Shown here piece after piece: positions 40,543 to 49,764 of a stretch of DNA of 64,000 nucleotides (within the stretch, counting starts at the first letter, position 1; the number at the start of each line of letters is the position of its first letter). The translations under genes were made by a program, and so were the position numbers. The DNA comes from Candidatus Latescibacterota bacterium (GTDB taxonomy: Bacteria > Latescibacterota > UBA2968 > UBA8231), in NCBI GenBank assembly GCA_965208105.1, contig OZ242318.1, forward strand, positions 1,856,001 to 1,920,000, in the 5' to 3' direction. The notes under the pieces were generated by a model. It made no database searches, was not told where the DNA came from, and saw only the letters and a program-made list of their open reading frames with translations.

Positions 40543-41403
40543 CTATTCGGAGTTTTCTGGTTCGGGCCTGGCGAGAAGGAGGAAGTCCTCCAGAAACTTG
40601 TTCACCTGTTCGAGAGCCGCGCGCGCCTGGCCGAGGCCCTGCGGGTCGGAACTGTCGAGGAATCGCCGCACCTGAAGCAGCGGTTCCACTATCTCCTGGC
40701 GCATTTTGAAAAACAGCTCTTCCTGCACCTCGGCCTGCGCCTTGGCGAGCTCTTTCTCCACCGAGGCATCCCGCAAGACAATCAGGATGCCCGGTTCCGG
40801 GGCCAGGCGGCAGAGATGCATCTCCACCTCGAGGGCGAGGGGCTCTTTGAGGGAAAAGGACACCGGACGGTCTCCTTCGAGAACCAGGGAGGGACTGTAA
40901 CCGGTGATGCGGGCGAAGGTGTCGGCATCCAGATCCTCGGCAGATCTACCCAGCCACGCCGCAGCCCGCTGGTTGGCCAGTTCCGGTGTTCCGTCGGCGC
41001 GCAGAAGGATCACGCCCACGGGCATACTCTCCAACAGGCCTTCCAGCATCGACCCCCCCTCTCCGGGGGATCCCGGGTCCTGCTTCGGCGAGCCCGGATC
41101 CTGCACCCCGGCGGTGGTCGCTTCCCCGGAACTCTTCTCGATGTCCAGCATATATCCGCGCTTGCCGGCGTCTTTGAGAAACGGTCCAAGACAAAGCTCG
41201 CCGAGCACTTCTTCCAGCTCGGTTCTGGGCAAGCCCAGGCGCAGGGCAAGCCCCTGGAGGTCGTCGTCCAGGAAGGGATTTCCCAGAAACTCGCTCAGAA
41301 CTCTTTGTTTCACAGCGGCCCCTGGACCGTTCAAAGCCGGCAAGTCGGAGAACTGCGCCACCCTGTAGGCAGGGAAGGACATGGCAAAAACCCACCTGAA
41401 CAT
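40543..41403 (-). CDS. wHTH-PAS-degenerate DHp domain protein (no HATPase)
   Basis: N-terminal LALRLG.PR.ELEEVL..L wHTH-like; PAS LLESMPVGVILLRADG...LANQRA...VLRD; DHp-like RQEIVEPL...LEDFLLLAR. Start may be ATG 41382. Confidence 0.65.
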   Translation of the reverse strand: MFRWVFAMSFPAYRVAQFSDLPALNGPGAAVKQRVLSEFLGNPFLDDDLQGLALRLGLPRTELEEVLGELCLGPFLKDAGKRGYMLDIEKSSGEATTAGVQDPGSPKQDPGSPGEGGSMLEGLLESMPVGVILLRADGTPELANQRAAAWLGRSAEDLDADTFARITGYSPSLVLEGDRPVSFSLKEPLALEVEMHLCRLAPEPGILIVLRDASVEKELAKAQAEVQEELFFKMRQEIVEPLLQVRRFLDSSDPQGLGQARAALEQVNKFLEDFLLLARPEPENSE

Positions 41404-41531
41404 CAGACTTGGGGAAAGTCCGGAAAAAGGAAGAAGGCAGACAGGGGAGGGAAAAGAAAGAAAATATATGTTTTATATACTCTTACAGAATATAATCAGT
41501 GGCCGACCGCGGCGCAAGCAATATGAAGCTC

Positions 41532-41972
41532 TCAAGGTTTTGCGGCTTCAGTTTCCGCACTCGTCACCTGGATCAGGACGCTGAAAGGATCGTTGGCAAC
41601 CTCCAGACTGAGGCGAACGATCACCTCGCCGTCGATGGTCACTTCGGCCTTCCGCCGCACTCTGTAACCCTTCTCTGGGGGCAGCAGGAGGACCAGGTCG
41701 AGCTCGAGCTCGAGACCGCCGGGCAGGATCTCCCGGGATACGTCCTGGATCGAGCCCGATCCGACCCGGGTGCGCACGATGCGGGGGGCATCAGCCCTGA
41801 CCTCGTTCAAATAGGTCACCTCCACCGGGTAGAGGGTCCGGTTGTCCATCATGACGCGTCCGTCCCTGAGCACTTCCGGCGGGGGCGGATCGGGCCCGGG
41901 CCCGCCTCCCGTCCCTTTGTCCGAGCCGCCGCAGGCCAGCAGCCACGTCAACAGCAACAGCGAGCGGCGCAT
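41532..41972 (-). CDS. Hypothetical lipoprotein
   Basis: MRRSLLLLTWLLAC lipobox, G/P linker, beta-rich domain; TGATG-coupled to selA. Confidence 0.7.
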   Translation of the reverse strand: MRRSLLLLTWLLACGGSDKGTGGGPGPDPPPPEVLRDGRVMMDNRTLYPVEVTYLNEVRADAPRIVRTRVGSGSIQDVSREILPGGLELELDLVLLLPPEKGYRVRRKAEVTIDGEVIVRLSLEVANDPFSVLIQVTSAETEAAKP

Positions 41973-43378
41973 CAGGCGCCTTCCCCCGCCGCCCCGGCCA
42001 GAGCAGCGGCCAGCAAGCCCACCTCGCCGTCCCCCACGGTGCGCATGTCGAGCAGCAGGTTTCCGCGTTGTATGCGCCCTATGACTGGCAATCTGCCGCG
42101 GCGCAGGCGCCGGGCAAACTCTTCGGCGCTGCAGAAATCCGGGCGCAGCACGACCGCCACGCTGGGCAACTCCTCCAGGGGAAGTGCGCCGCTTCCAGCC
42201 TGGGCGGTTGACGGCGCGATTCCCGGCTGCAGCCGGTCCCGCGCGGCGGCGGACAAAGCGGTGACCAGCCTGCGGCCCCTCTCCTCGAGGGAGGCCAGGG
42301 ACGCCGTCATCATTCCCAGCACCGGGTGGGAGCGAGTCAAGGCAGCGGGCGCCAATCGCTGGAGGCGCAGACTTGCCTCGAGGGCGGCGAGAATGAGCTT
42401 GTCGCAGCGCAATGCCCTCATCAGCGGATTGCGGCCGATGGGCTCCACGTATTTCTCCCGGCCGACGATGATTCCGGCCTGCGGTCCGCCGAGGATCTTG
42501 TCTCCGCTGAAGCTCGCCAGATCCGCCCCCTGGGCCAGGGTATCGCGAACAACGGGTTCGCGCGGGAGACCCCACTGGCGCAAATCGGACAGCACCCCTC
42601 CGCCCAGGTCGCAGGCAAGGGGCAGGCCCGCCTCGCGGCAAAGCTCTGCCAAATCCTTCAACTCGACCCGCGCGGCAAAACCCTGCACCTTGTAATTGCT
42701 GGGATGAACCCGGAGAATCATGGCCGTCCCCGCACATATGGCCTCCGCGTAATCGCGCAAATGGGTGCGGTTGGTGGTGCCCACCTCCCGCATCCGCGCG
42801 CCGCTGGCTGCAATGATGTCCGGAATGCGAAAGGAGCCTCCGATCTCGACCAGCTCCCCGCGTGAGACCACCACCTCGCGGCCGCGGGCAAGCGTATCGA
42901 GCATCAACAGCACGGCCGCCGCATTGTTGTTCACCACGGAGGCCGCCTCGGACCTCGCGGCGGCGCATACCAGGCCTTCGACATGGGCCTGGCGCGAGCC
43001 TCGCCCGCCGCGGTCGAGATCGATTTCCAGGTTGCAATAGCCCTGGGCGGCATTTTCGATGGCCCTCCGGGCCTCCGGCGCCAGCGGCGCCCGCCCCAGC
43101 CCGGTATGCAGAATAACCCCGGTGGCGTTGATCACCCGCCGCAGACTGGCCTGCTCCCCATGCTCCACGGCGGCCAGCACCCTTTCCCTCACCTGTTCCA
43201 GCAGTTCCACGCGGCTTCGGCCCTGCCCGGATTCCTCGACCTCCCGGCGCAGCTCACCTATGACCTGGCGGACCAGGTCCACGATGTATTCGCGGTCGTA
43301 GCGCTTCCCCAGATCGAGGATGGGCTGCAGGTTCAACACCTGGTCCACCGACGGCAATTCCCTGACACTATTCGACAT
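41972..43378 (-). CDS. selA: L-seryl-tRNA(Sec) selenium transferase
   Basis: LPSVD, VINATGVILHTGLGRA, VNNNAAAV, SRGELVEIGGSFRIP, EVGTTNRT, FSGDKILGGPQAG. Confidence 0.97.
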   Translation of the reverse strand: MSNSVRELPSVDQVLNLQPILDLGKRYDREYIVDLVRQVIGELRREVEESGQGRSRVELLEQVRERVLAAVEHGEQASLRRVINATGVILHTGLGRAPLAPEARRAIENAAQGYCNLEIDLDRGGRGSRQAHVEGLVCAAARSEAASVVNNNAAAVLLMLDTLARGREVVVSRGELVEIGGSFRIPDIIAASGARMREVGTTNRTHLRDYAEAICAGTAMILRVHPSNYKVQGFAARVELKDLAELCREAGLPLACDLGGGVLSDLRQWGLPREPVVRDTLAQGADLASFSGDKILGGPQAGIIVGREKYVEPIGRNPLMRALRCDKLILAALEASLRLQRLAPAALTRSHPVLGMMTASLASLEERGRRLVTALSAAARDRLQPGIAPSTAQAGSGALPLEELPSVAVVLRPDFCSAEEFARRLRRGRLPVIGRIQRGNLLLDMRTVGDGEVGLLAAALAGAAGEGA

Positions 43379-43531
43379 AGGGGGGGATAATAACCTGCGG
43401 CCGCTCCACCATCAAGAAACGGAGGCCGGACCTGCCCTGGAGCACCTCTCTCCAACTTCACCTTTGCCCGATCACCCGATTGCCCTTATCTTTCAATACC
43501 CCACTTCTCCTTCTTTCCCATTCCACGTCAA

Positions 43532-45646
43532 ATGCCCTGGCTTTACCGTACACTTGCGGCTGCCCTGCTGTGCCTGGCGGCGAGCGGCTACGCGGAAGCG
43601 CTCGTCCACAAGGTCAAGCGCGGCGAGAATCTGAGCACCATCGCCCGGCGCTATGGAGTCTCCACTGCCCAGATACGCCATTGGAACAAACTCCGCAGCG
43701 ATAAAATCCTGGTCGGGCAGCGCCTGCTGGTGCGGACCTCGGCGTCCAGAAGCAAGTCCTACGTGGTGAGAAGAGGAGACACCGTTTCCGAAATCGCCAA
43801 GCGCTTCGGAGTCTCCGTCTCCCTGTTGCGCCGCCTCAACAATCTTCGCAGGGACAGAATCTACCCGGGGCAGAGACTGGTCCTCCGCGCGACCGGGTCC
43901 GCTGCAACCCACCGGGTTCGCAGAGGAGATACTCTCGGGGAAATCGCCCAGTCCTACGGCACGAGCGTTGGCCGCCTGCGCCAGCTCAACAACCTCAAGA
44001 GTCATCGCATCACCACCGGGCAGGTGCTCAAGGTGGGGGAGTCCGCAGGGGGAAGACCGCGCAGCGCAGAAGAACCCCTGGAATATACGGTCAGGACAGG
44101 CGACACCCTCACCGGAATCTCCCGGCGCTTCGACGTAGGTCTGGGTCTCCTGCGCCAGCTCAACAACCTGAAAAGCGACCGCATCCACCCGGGGCAGAGG
44201 CTGAAACTGCGCCCTACCGAACTCGACGTCGGGGTTCATATAGTCCGCTCCGGGGAGACATTGTCGAGAATCGCGCAGAGGTACGGAATCAAGGTGGGCA
44301 AGCTGCGCGATCTGAACGGCATCGTGGGAAGCAGGATCCTGGTCGGCCAGAAACTGCGCCTGAAGTCCACGCCGACCGCAACCCACATCGTCGAACGCGG
44401 CGATGCGCTGTGGGAGATTGCCCGCGCCTACGGAATGAGGGTGAGCGAGCTGAAAGCCATGAACGGCCTCAGCTCCAACCGCATCTATCCTGGTCAGGAG
44501 CTGAAGCTCAACTTCAAAAAGGCCCGGCGTCACGATGTTTACCGGGTCGAGAGAGGCGACTACCTCAGTGAGATAGCCCGGCTCCACCAGATGAGCGTCG
44601 CCGAGTTGAAAAGGATCAACAACCTGCGCAGTTCGGTGATCCACCCGGGAGACAGGCTCAAGGTGAAGCCCCTTTTGGGCAGGGGAAGGGAATGGCTCAA
44701 GGTCTCCGAGATAAACTGGGACAAGCTGCAGGTCTCTCTGGGAGGAATCCGCAAGATCCGCGCTGAGAACGGGCCCTACTACTACAGCAGGCCAAAGGCT
44801 CGGCGACAGAAACACTCCCGCTACTACGAAGGCCACCCGTCGTCGCCGCTGCGCACCTACAACCAGGCCCGCAAGCTGTGGAAAGCATTCGAACGCGAGG
44901 TCGATGGTCTCGGCAGCCTGAGCAACACTCTCCGGGGCTGGCACCTGGTCCTGGACCCGGGCCACGGAGGACTGGACCCGGGGGCCGTCGTGCGCACCCT
45001 GGACGGCCAGGGCAACAAGCTGTACGTGGTGGAGGACGAATACGTCTACGATATCGCCTTGCGCACCTATGTCCTCCTGCGCCTGCACGGGGCACAGGCA
45101 ACCATGACCCTGCTGAGCCCCAACCATCTCATCCGCAGCAGCCCGCCGAGCCAGACCTTCGTCAACGAGAAGAACGAGGTATACAACAGCTATCAGGCCA
45201 ACAAGACCAACCGCAGGCGGGACTGGCCCCGCGGCAGCAACCTGGCCGTACGTGTGCGCATTGCCCGGCACGCCTTTGCCAATACGACCAAAAGCCGCCG
45301 CATCTTCCTCTCCTTCCACGCCGATATCGACCCCCGGGCTCCCGAAGCGCCCCTGGTTCTCTACTACGAGAGCAGAAACGGACGCAAACGGGACCTGGCT
45401 TCAAGAAATTTCGCCCGCATTCTGCTGCCGGCCCTGGGAGCCGGATCCCGCCTCCGCGGCCAGGGCCTGGGGGTCCTGCGCAACAATCCGGCCGCCGTGA
45501 AGGTCCTGGTGGAACTCCGCAACCTGGCCTACACCGATCACGCCTGGGCCCTGCGCTACGAACAGCTGCGCCACCGCGACGCCGAGAAGCTGGTCAAAGG
45601 CATTCTGGACTACGTCCGCTACCAGACCCGAAGCGCCCGGCGCTGA
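43532..45646 (+). CDS. Secreted 7xLysM + N-acetylmuramoyl-L-alanine amidase (Amidase_3)
   Basis: Signal peptide; seven V..GDTL..IA...I.PGQ.L repeats; VLDPGHGGLDPGA, FLSFHAD, VLVELRN. Confidence 0.92.
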   Translation: MPWLYRTLAAALLCLAASGYAEALVHKVKRGENLSTIARRYGVSTAQIRHWNKLRSDKILVGQRLLVRTSASRSKSYVVRRGDTVSEIAKRFGVSVSLLRRLNNLRRDRIYPGQRLVLRATGSAATHRVRRGDTLGEIAQSYGTSVGRLRQLNNLKSHRITTGQVLKVGESAGGRPRSAEEPLEYTVRTGDTLTGISRRFDVGLGLLRQLNNLKSDRIHPGQRLKLRPTELDVGVHIVRSGETLSRIAQRYGIKVGKLRDLNGIVGSRILVGQKLRLKSTPTATHIVERGDALWEIARAYGMRVSELKAMNGLSSNRIYPGQELKLNFKKARRHDVYRVERGDYLSEIARLHQMSVAELKRINNLRSSVIHPGDRLKVKPLLGRGREWLKVSEINWDKLQVSLGGIRKIRAENGPYYYSRPKARRQKHSRYYEGHPSSPLRTYNQARKLWKAFEREVDGLGSLSNTLRGWHLVLDPGHGGLDPGAVVRTLDGQGNKLYVVEDEYVYDIALRTYVLLRLHGAQATMTLLSPNHLIRSSPPSQTFVNEKNEVYNSYQANKTNRRRDWPRGSNLAVRVRIARHAFANTTKSRRIFLSFHADIDPRAPEAPLVLYYESRNGRKRDLASRNFARILLPALGAGSRLRGQGLGVLRNNPAAVKVLVELRNLAYTDHAWALRYEQLRHRDAEKLVKGILDYVRYQTRSARR

Positions 45647-45650
45647 AAGC

Positions 45651-45684
45651 AAAAAGGCGCCCCGGGAAACCATCCCGGGGCGCC
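45651..45684 (-). terminator. Rho-independent terminator between convergent genes
   Basis: 12-bp stem GGCGCCCCGGGA / TCCCGGGGCGCC; A5 on the left gives a U-tract for the minus strand. Confidence 0.75.
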
Positions 45685-45713
45685 CATACTCTTCTACCTG
45701 GAAGGTGGTCGGG

Positions 45714-46019
45714 TCAGAAGGATTTCTCCTCCACCAAACGCCGGACCGCCTGCCGCACCACCTCGGGTTCGAGGCCGGCAAGCTCACACCAGGGATCTAT
45801 CCGGGGACTTTCCACGAATACAATTTCAGGCGGGCTGTCCTTGCAGAGGATTTCCGATTCCATCTTGGAAATCTCGCGCAACGTACTGAGAATCATGGCG
45901 TTTGCCAGACGGCGGTAGGCCATGGTAATGCGTTCGGACTGGGCTATATCCTGATCGGCTCTCATAGGGTGGAATCCTGGCGGATAATTTGATTCGGGGT
46001 GAACAGTGGTAGCGTCCAT
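45714..46019 (-). CDS. Small hypothetical protein (phage-like helical family)
   Basis: SD AAGGAG before ATG 46019; YRRLANAMIL...WCELAGLEPEVVR. Confidence 0.65.
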   Translation of the reverse strand: MDATTVHPESNYPPGFHPMRADQDIAQSERITMAYRRLANAMILSTLREISKMESEILCKDSPPEIVFVESPRIDPWCELAGLEPEVVRQAVRRLVEEKSF

Positions 46020-46339
46020 CGCCACTCCTTGCAACAGTCGCCGCATGCGCGGCCGACTCTCTGCAGCGGCACCTCAATTCGCCGAAAAGGGCTCCTTGCA
46101 ACCTTGCCCTTTTACAATAATGTACAAATTTTTCAGGGGAAAATGGCAGATTTTTAAAAAAAAATTCATCCAGCCACCTGGATCATTGAAGGACTCAACC
46201 ATAACTATCACTTGGACAGGAAGTTGCAGGAAAAATCCCCGGTCCGGATCATACCGGCACCGGCCGTCCCGGTCCAATCCCGGCCCTGTCCCCCCGCTCT
46301 CCATTGACCCGCATATGGTATTATTCTAATTTTGAATAG

Positions 46340-47776
46340 ATGTCACTTGCACTTACAAAGCCCAGTCCCAAGGAACTCTGCCTCTGCATCAACTCCCGTT
46401 CCCCTGAAGGTGGCCTCTTCCAGGGGGACCGCAGCAACCTCCACCCCGACAGCCGCCTGCCCTGGCGCATCTCGCCCGAACCATTCCGGCTCACCGCCGC
46501 CCAGCTGAGATTCCTCGAGGAGCTCGGCCCTCTCCTGCTGGCTTTCTACAAGGCCTCCAACCTGCTCTACAGCCACAGCGTCAAAGGCCTTCAGCCTCCG
46601 TGGGTGCATCAATACCTCGATCAGGGCAAGTCCGAGCGCGTCGTCGAGCTGGGGCGCATGAACCGCTTCAAAACCCACCTTCCCCTGGTCATCCGCCCCG
46701 ACCTCCTGCTCACCGACGCCGGCTTCCGCATAAGCGAACTGGACTCCATACCTGGAGGAATGGGGTTTACGGGGCAGATTTCGCAGCGCTACGCCGAGCT
46801 GGCCTGCGACATCGTCGGCGGTTCAGACGGGCTGGTAGATGGATTCTACGATGCCATAGAGGCCAGCCTGGAGGTGAAGCTGCCCACCGTGGCCATCGTA
46901 GTTTCGGACGAATCGGATAATTACCGGGAAGAGATGCAGTGGTTGGCCGCCCAACTCAGGGAGCGCGGCCGGCCTGTCCACTGCCGCCATCCCTCCGAAC
47001 TCCACTTCGACGAGGACGGCCTGCTGGTCGAAGCCGAGGGCGCCATGCTGAGGGTCGACGCCATCTACCGCTTCTTCGAACTCTTCGATCTGGCAAATAT
47101 TCCCAAGGCCGAACTTGCGATCTACTTTGCCAAGAAAAACGCGGTCCGCCTCACACCCCCCCCGAAGGCTTTTCTCGAGGAGAAGATGGGATTGGCCTTC
47201 CTGCATCACCCCCTGCTGCAGTCCTTCTGGCAGCGCGAGCTGGGTGAGGATGCCGCGGCCGCCCTGCAGGGCGTCGTCCCCAGGACCTGGATCGTCGACC
47301 CCCGGCCGGCGCCGCCGCATACGGTCATCGCCGATCTGCAGGTCGCGGGCAGCTCCGTCAACGATTGGAAGCAGCTCAGGCACCTGAGCAAAAGAGAAAG
47401 GGAGCTGGTGCTCAAGCCTTCAGGATTTTCGGAGCTGGCTTCGGAGAGCCGCGACGTCGCCATAGGGCACGACATGTCCGAGGAGGCCTGGGCACGCGCT
47501 CTCGACCACGCCCTCGAGCACTTTCCGGTGAGGCCTTACGTCTTGCAGCGATTCCACAAATCCGTCCGCACGGAGATTCAGTACTACGATTTCGAGAGCG
47601 ACGAGATTCGACTCATGCACGGCCGCTCCCTTCTGCGTCCCTACTATTATGTCGTGGGCTCCGCCCCGAGGCTGGCCGGGGTTCAGGCCATAGTCTGTCC
47701 CTCCGACAAAAAGATCCTGCACGGAATGGCCGACGCCGTTCTCGCCCCGTGCTCCGCGGACCCGGGAGAGGAGTAG
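46340..47776 (+). CDS. Uncharacterised ATP-grasp-like ligase (glutathionylspermidine-synthase-like / circularly permuted)
   Basis: IRPDLLL...ISELDSIPGGMG; IYRFFELFD; LEEK; LVLKPSGFS; PYVLQRF. Confidence 0.65.
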   Translation: MSLALTKPSPKELCLCINSRSPEGGLFQGDRSNLHPDSRLPWRISPEPFRLTAAQLRFLEELGPLLLAFYKASNLLYSHSVKGLQPPWVHQYLDQGKSERVVELGRMNRFKTHLPLVIRPDLLLTDAGFRISELDSIPGGMGFTGQISQRYAELACDIVGGSDGLVDGFYDAIEASLEVKLPTVAIVVSDESDNYREEMQWLAAQLRERGRPVHCRHPSELHFDEDGLLVEAEGAMLRVDAIYRFFELFDLANIPKAELAIYFAKKNAVRLTPPPKAFLEEKMGLAFLHHPLLQSFWQRELGEDAAAALQGVVPRTWIVDPRPAPPHTVIADLQVAGSSVNDWKQLRHLSKRERELVLKPSGFSELASESRDVAIGHDMSEEAWARALDHALEHFPVRPYVLQRFHKSVRTEIQYYDFESDEIRLMHGRSLLRPYYYVVGSAPRLAGVQAIVCPSDKKILHGMADAVLAPCSADPGEE

Positions 47777-47786
47777 GGGAAGGGAC

Positions 47787-48860
47787 ATGAGTGCCATCAC
47801 CGCCGCCGTCGCTCCCACCCCCGGTCTCGAAGAGAAGCTCCACGACCTCAACGGCATTCTGCGCTCCATGGGACGGGTCCTGATCGGCTACTCGGGCGGT
47901 GTCGACAGCGCCATGCTCGCCCTGGCCGCGCACAAGGTTCTGGGCGCCAACGCAATTGCCGTCACCGCCGATTCCGCCAGCTATGCCAGCGGCGAACTGG
48001 AAGCCGCATCCGCCATCACGGAGCAGTTCGGCATCCGCCACATGGTGGTCAGCACCGCCGAGCTGGACAATCCGGACTACGCCCGGAATCCCGTCAACCG
48101 CTGCTATTTTTGCAAGCAGGAGCTCTTTACCCACATGCAGCGCCTGGCGGCGGAGCTGGACGCGCCCTACATACTCTATGGACAGAACGCCGACGACGGG
48201 TTCGACTTCCGCCCCGGCGCCCAGGCAGCCCGGGACCACGGGGTGCGGGCCCCCCTGCAGGAGGCGGGATTGACCAAGGCGGATGTCCGCGCACTGGCGC
48301 GGCGCTGGGACCTGCCGGTGTGGGACCGCCCGGCCATGGCATGCCTCGCCTCGCGCTTTCCCTACGGCACACCGGTCACCGCCGAAGGCCTCGACCAGGT
48401 GGACCGGGCGGAAAGGTATCTGCGCGCATGCGGCTTCGATCAGCTGCGGGTGCGCCACCATGGCCGCGGGGAACAGTTCGAAGCCCGCATCGAAGTGCCG
48501 GCGGCAGAAATTCCCCGTTTCTTCGGCGGACCCGACCTGCGGGAGAACGTCACCCGGGAGTTCGCCGGCATCGGCTACGCCCGCAGCAGCGTCGACCTGC
48601 GCGGCTTTCGCTCCGGCAGCCTCAACGAGGCGCGGACAGCCGGAATTCCGAGCGGGGAGGAGATCGGACCTCAGATCCAAGACTGCCTGGCGGCGCTGGA
48701 GCTGGGACCGTTCGAATCCGCACCTCTCGGCAGAATGATAACCCTTCGCCTCCAGTCGAGGTCCTTCGAATCCATGCTGGAACGGCGCCTGCAGCTCGTG
48801 GAGCGCATGGAGGACCTGGGGTTCCGCTACGTGGCCGTCGACCTGCATCCACTGCCCTGA
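47787..48860 (+). CDS. larE: ATP-dependent sacrificial sulfur transferase LarE family with C-terminal extension
   Basis: YSGGVDS PP-loop, RCYFCK, DFRPG, KADVR, ACLASRFPYG, GFRSGSLNE plus ~70 extra aa. Confidence 0.9.
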   Translation: MSAITAAVAPTPGLEEKLHDLNGILRSMGRVLIGYSGGVDSAMLALAAHKVLGANAIAVTADSASYASGELEAASAITEQFGIRHMVVSTAELDNPDYARNPVNRCYFCKQELFTHMQRLAAELDAPYILYGQNADDGFDFRPGAQAARDHGVRAPLQEAGLTKADVRALARRWDLPVWDRPAMACLASRFPYGTPVTAEGLDQVDRAERYLRACGFDQLRVRHHGRGEQFEARIEVPAAEIPRFFGGPDLRENVTREFAGIGYARSSVDLRGFRSGSLNEARTAGIPSGEEIGPQIQDCLAALELGPFESAPLGRMITLRLQSRSFESMLERRLQLVERMEDLGFRYVAVDLHPLP

Positions 48861-48868
48861 GGAAGGCC

Positions 48869-49408
48869 GTGCCCCAGGAAATCGTCAAATACGGCTCCAG
48901 GGTGCTGCGCCAAACGGCAGCTCCGGTCGCCTCGGTTGACACCGCGGTTCTCTCTCTGATCGATGACCTCTTCGACTCCATGCATGAAGCGGGGGGTATC
49001 GGGCTCGCCGCACCTCAAATCGGGATTTCACGGCGGGTCATCGTGGTCGACATTTCCTCCCAGGTTCCGGTCCATCCTCCCACCGCCCTGGCAAATCCCC
49101 AAATCCTCAGATCCTCCGGCTCCGCCACGGCCGAGGAGGGCTGCCTGAGCCTTCCCGAGCTCTACGCCGATGTCGAGCGAAATACCTGGATTGAAGTCGA
49201 GGCGCTCGATATCAGAGGTCAATCCGTCCGCTTCGAAGCCACCGACTTCTTCGCCCGGGTCCTGCAGCACGAGATCGACCATCTCGACGGCACCCTCTTC
49301 ATCGACCGCATCAGTCCCCTGAAGCGCCAGCTGATGCGCGGCGCTCTCAGACGCCTGAAGAAAGAAGGCAGGAGGTGGGACGACCAATACGCCGGAACCT
49401 ACGGCTGA
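48869..49408 (+). CDS. def: Peptide deformylase
   Basis: GIGLAAPQIG, EGCLS, QHEIDHLDG; GTG start 48869. Confidence 0.96.
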   Translation: MPQEIVKYGSRVLRQTAAPVASVDTAVLSLIDDLFDSMHEAGGIGLAAPQIGISRRVIVVDISSQVPVHPPTALANPQILRSSGSATAEEGCLSLPELYADVERNTWIEVEALDIRGQSVRFEATDFFARVLQHEIDHLDGTLFIDRISPLKRQLMRGALRRLKKEGRRWDDQYAGTYG

Positions 49409-49501
49409 AGCAGGGCCTCATCCCTCTTCCATGCCTTCCAGCGCCGATTGTGGCGGAGTCATCAAGGGCAGGTTGTCCGGCGAATTATTTCCCCGGGATT
49501 A

Positions 49502-49530
49502 TTGACAATACCAGCGCAAGCATTTAGTTT
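49502..49530 (+). promoter_or_regulatory. Sigma70 promoter of tRNA-Asp
   Basis: TTGACA-17 bp-TAGTTT. Confidence 0.65.
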
Positions 49531-49575
49531 TTCTGATAGAATACCGCCCCATCGAACCAATCGAAAAGTACTCGC

Positions 49576-49652
49576 GGGATCGTAGTTCAGCTGGTTAGAA
49601 CGCCGGCCTGTCACGCCGGAGGTCGCGAGTTCGAGTCTCGTCGGTCCCGCCA
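49576..49652 (+). tRNA. tRNA-Asp(GTC)
   Basis: GGGATCG/CGGTCCC acceptor stem, anticodon loop CTGTCAC, GTTCGAG T-loop, encoded CCA. Confidence 0.97.
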
Positions 49653-49656
49653 TTTC

Positions 49657-49701
49657 GGCTCGAGTCCACCCTGCCCCGAGGACTCGAGCCCTTGTTTTTT
49701 T
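49657..49701 (+). terminator. Rho-independent terminator after tRNA-Asp
   Basis: GGCTCGAGTCC / GGACTCGAGCC stem followed by a T-tract. Confidence 0.85.
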
Positions 49702-49764
49702 CATCTCCGCCCCTCCGCTTTCCAGGGACCTGCCGACCCTCCTTCACCAGGATCCGACCCAGCC

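Noticed and set aside
43590-44670. Periodic DNA similarity that could suggest a CRISPR or tandem array
   Set aside because: Explained by in-frame LysM repeats. The same applies to the PD40 repeats at 14750-15480.
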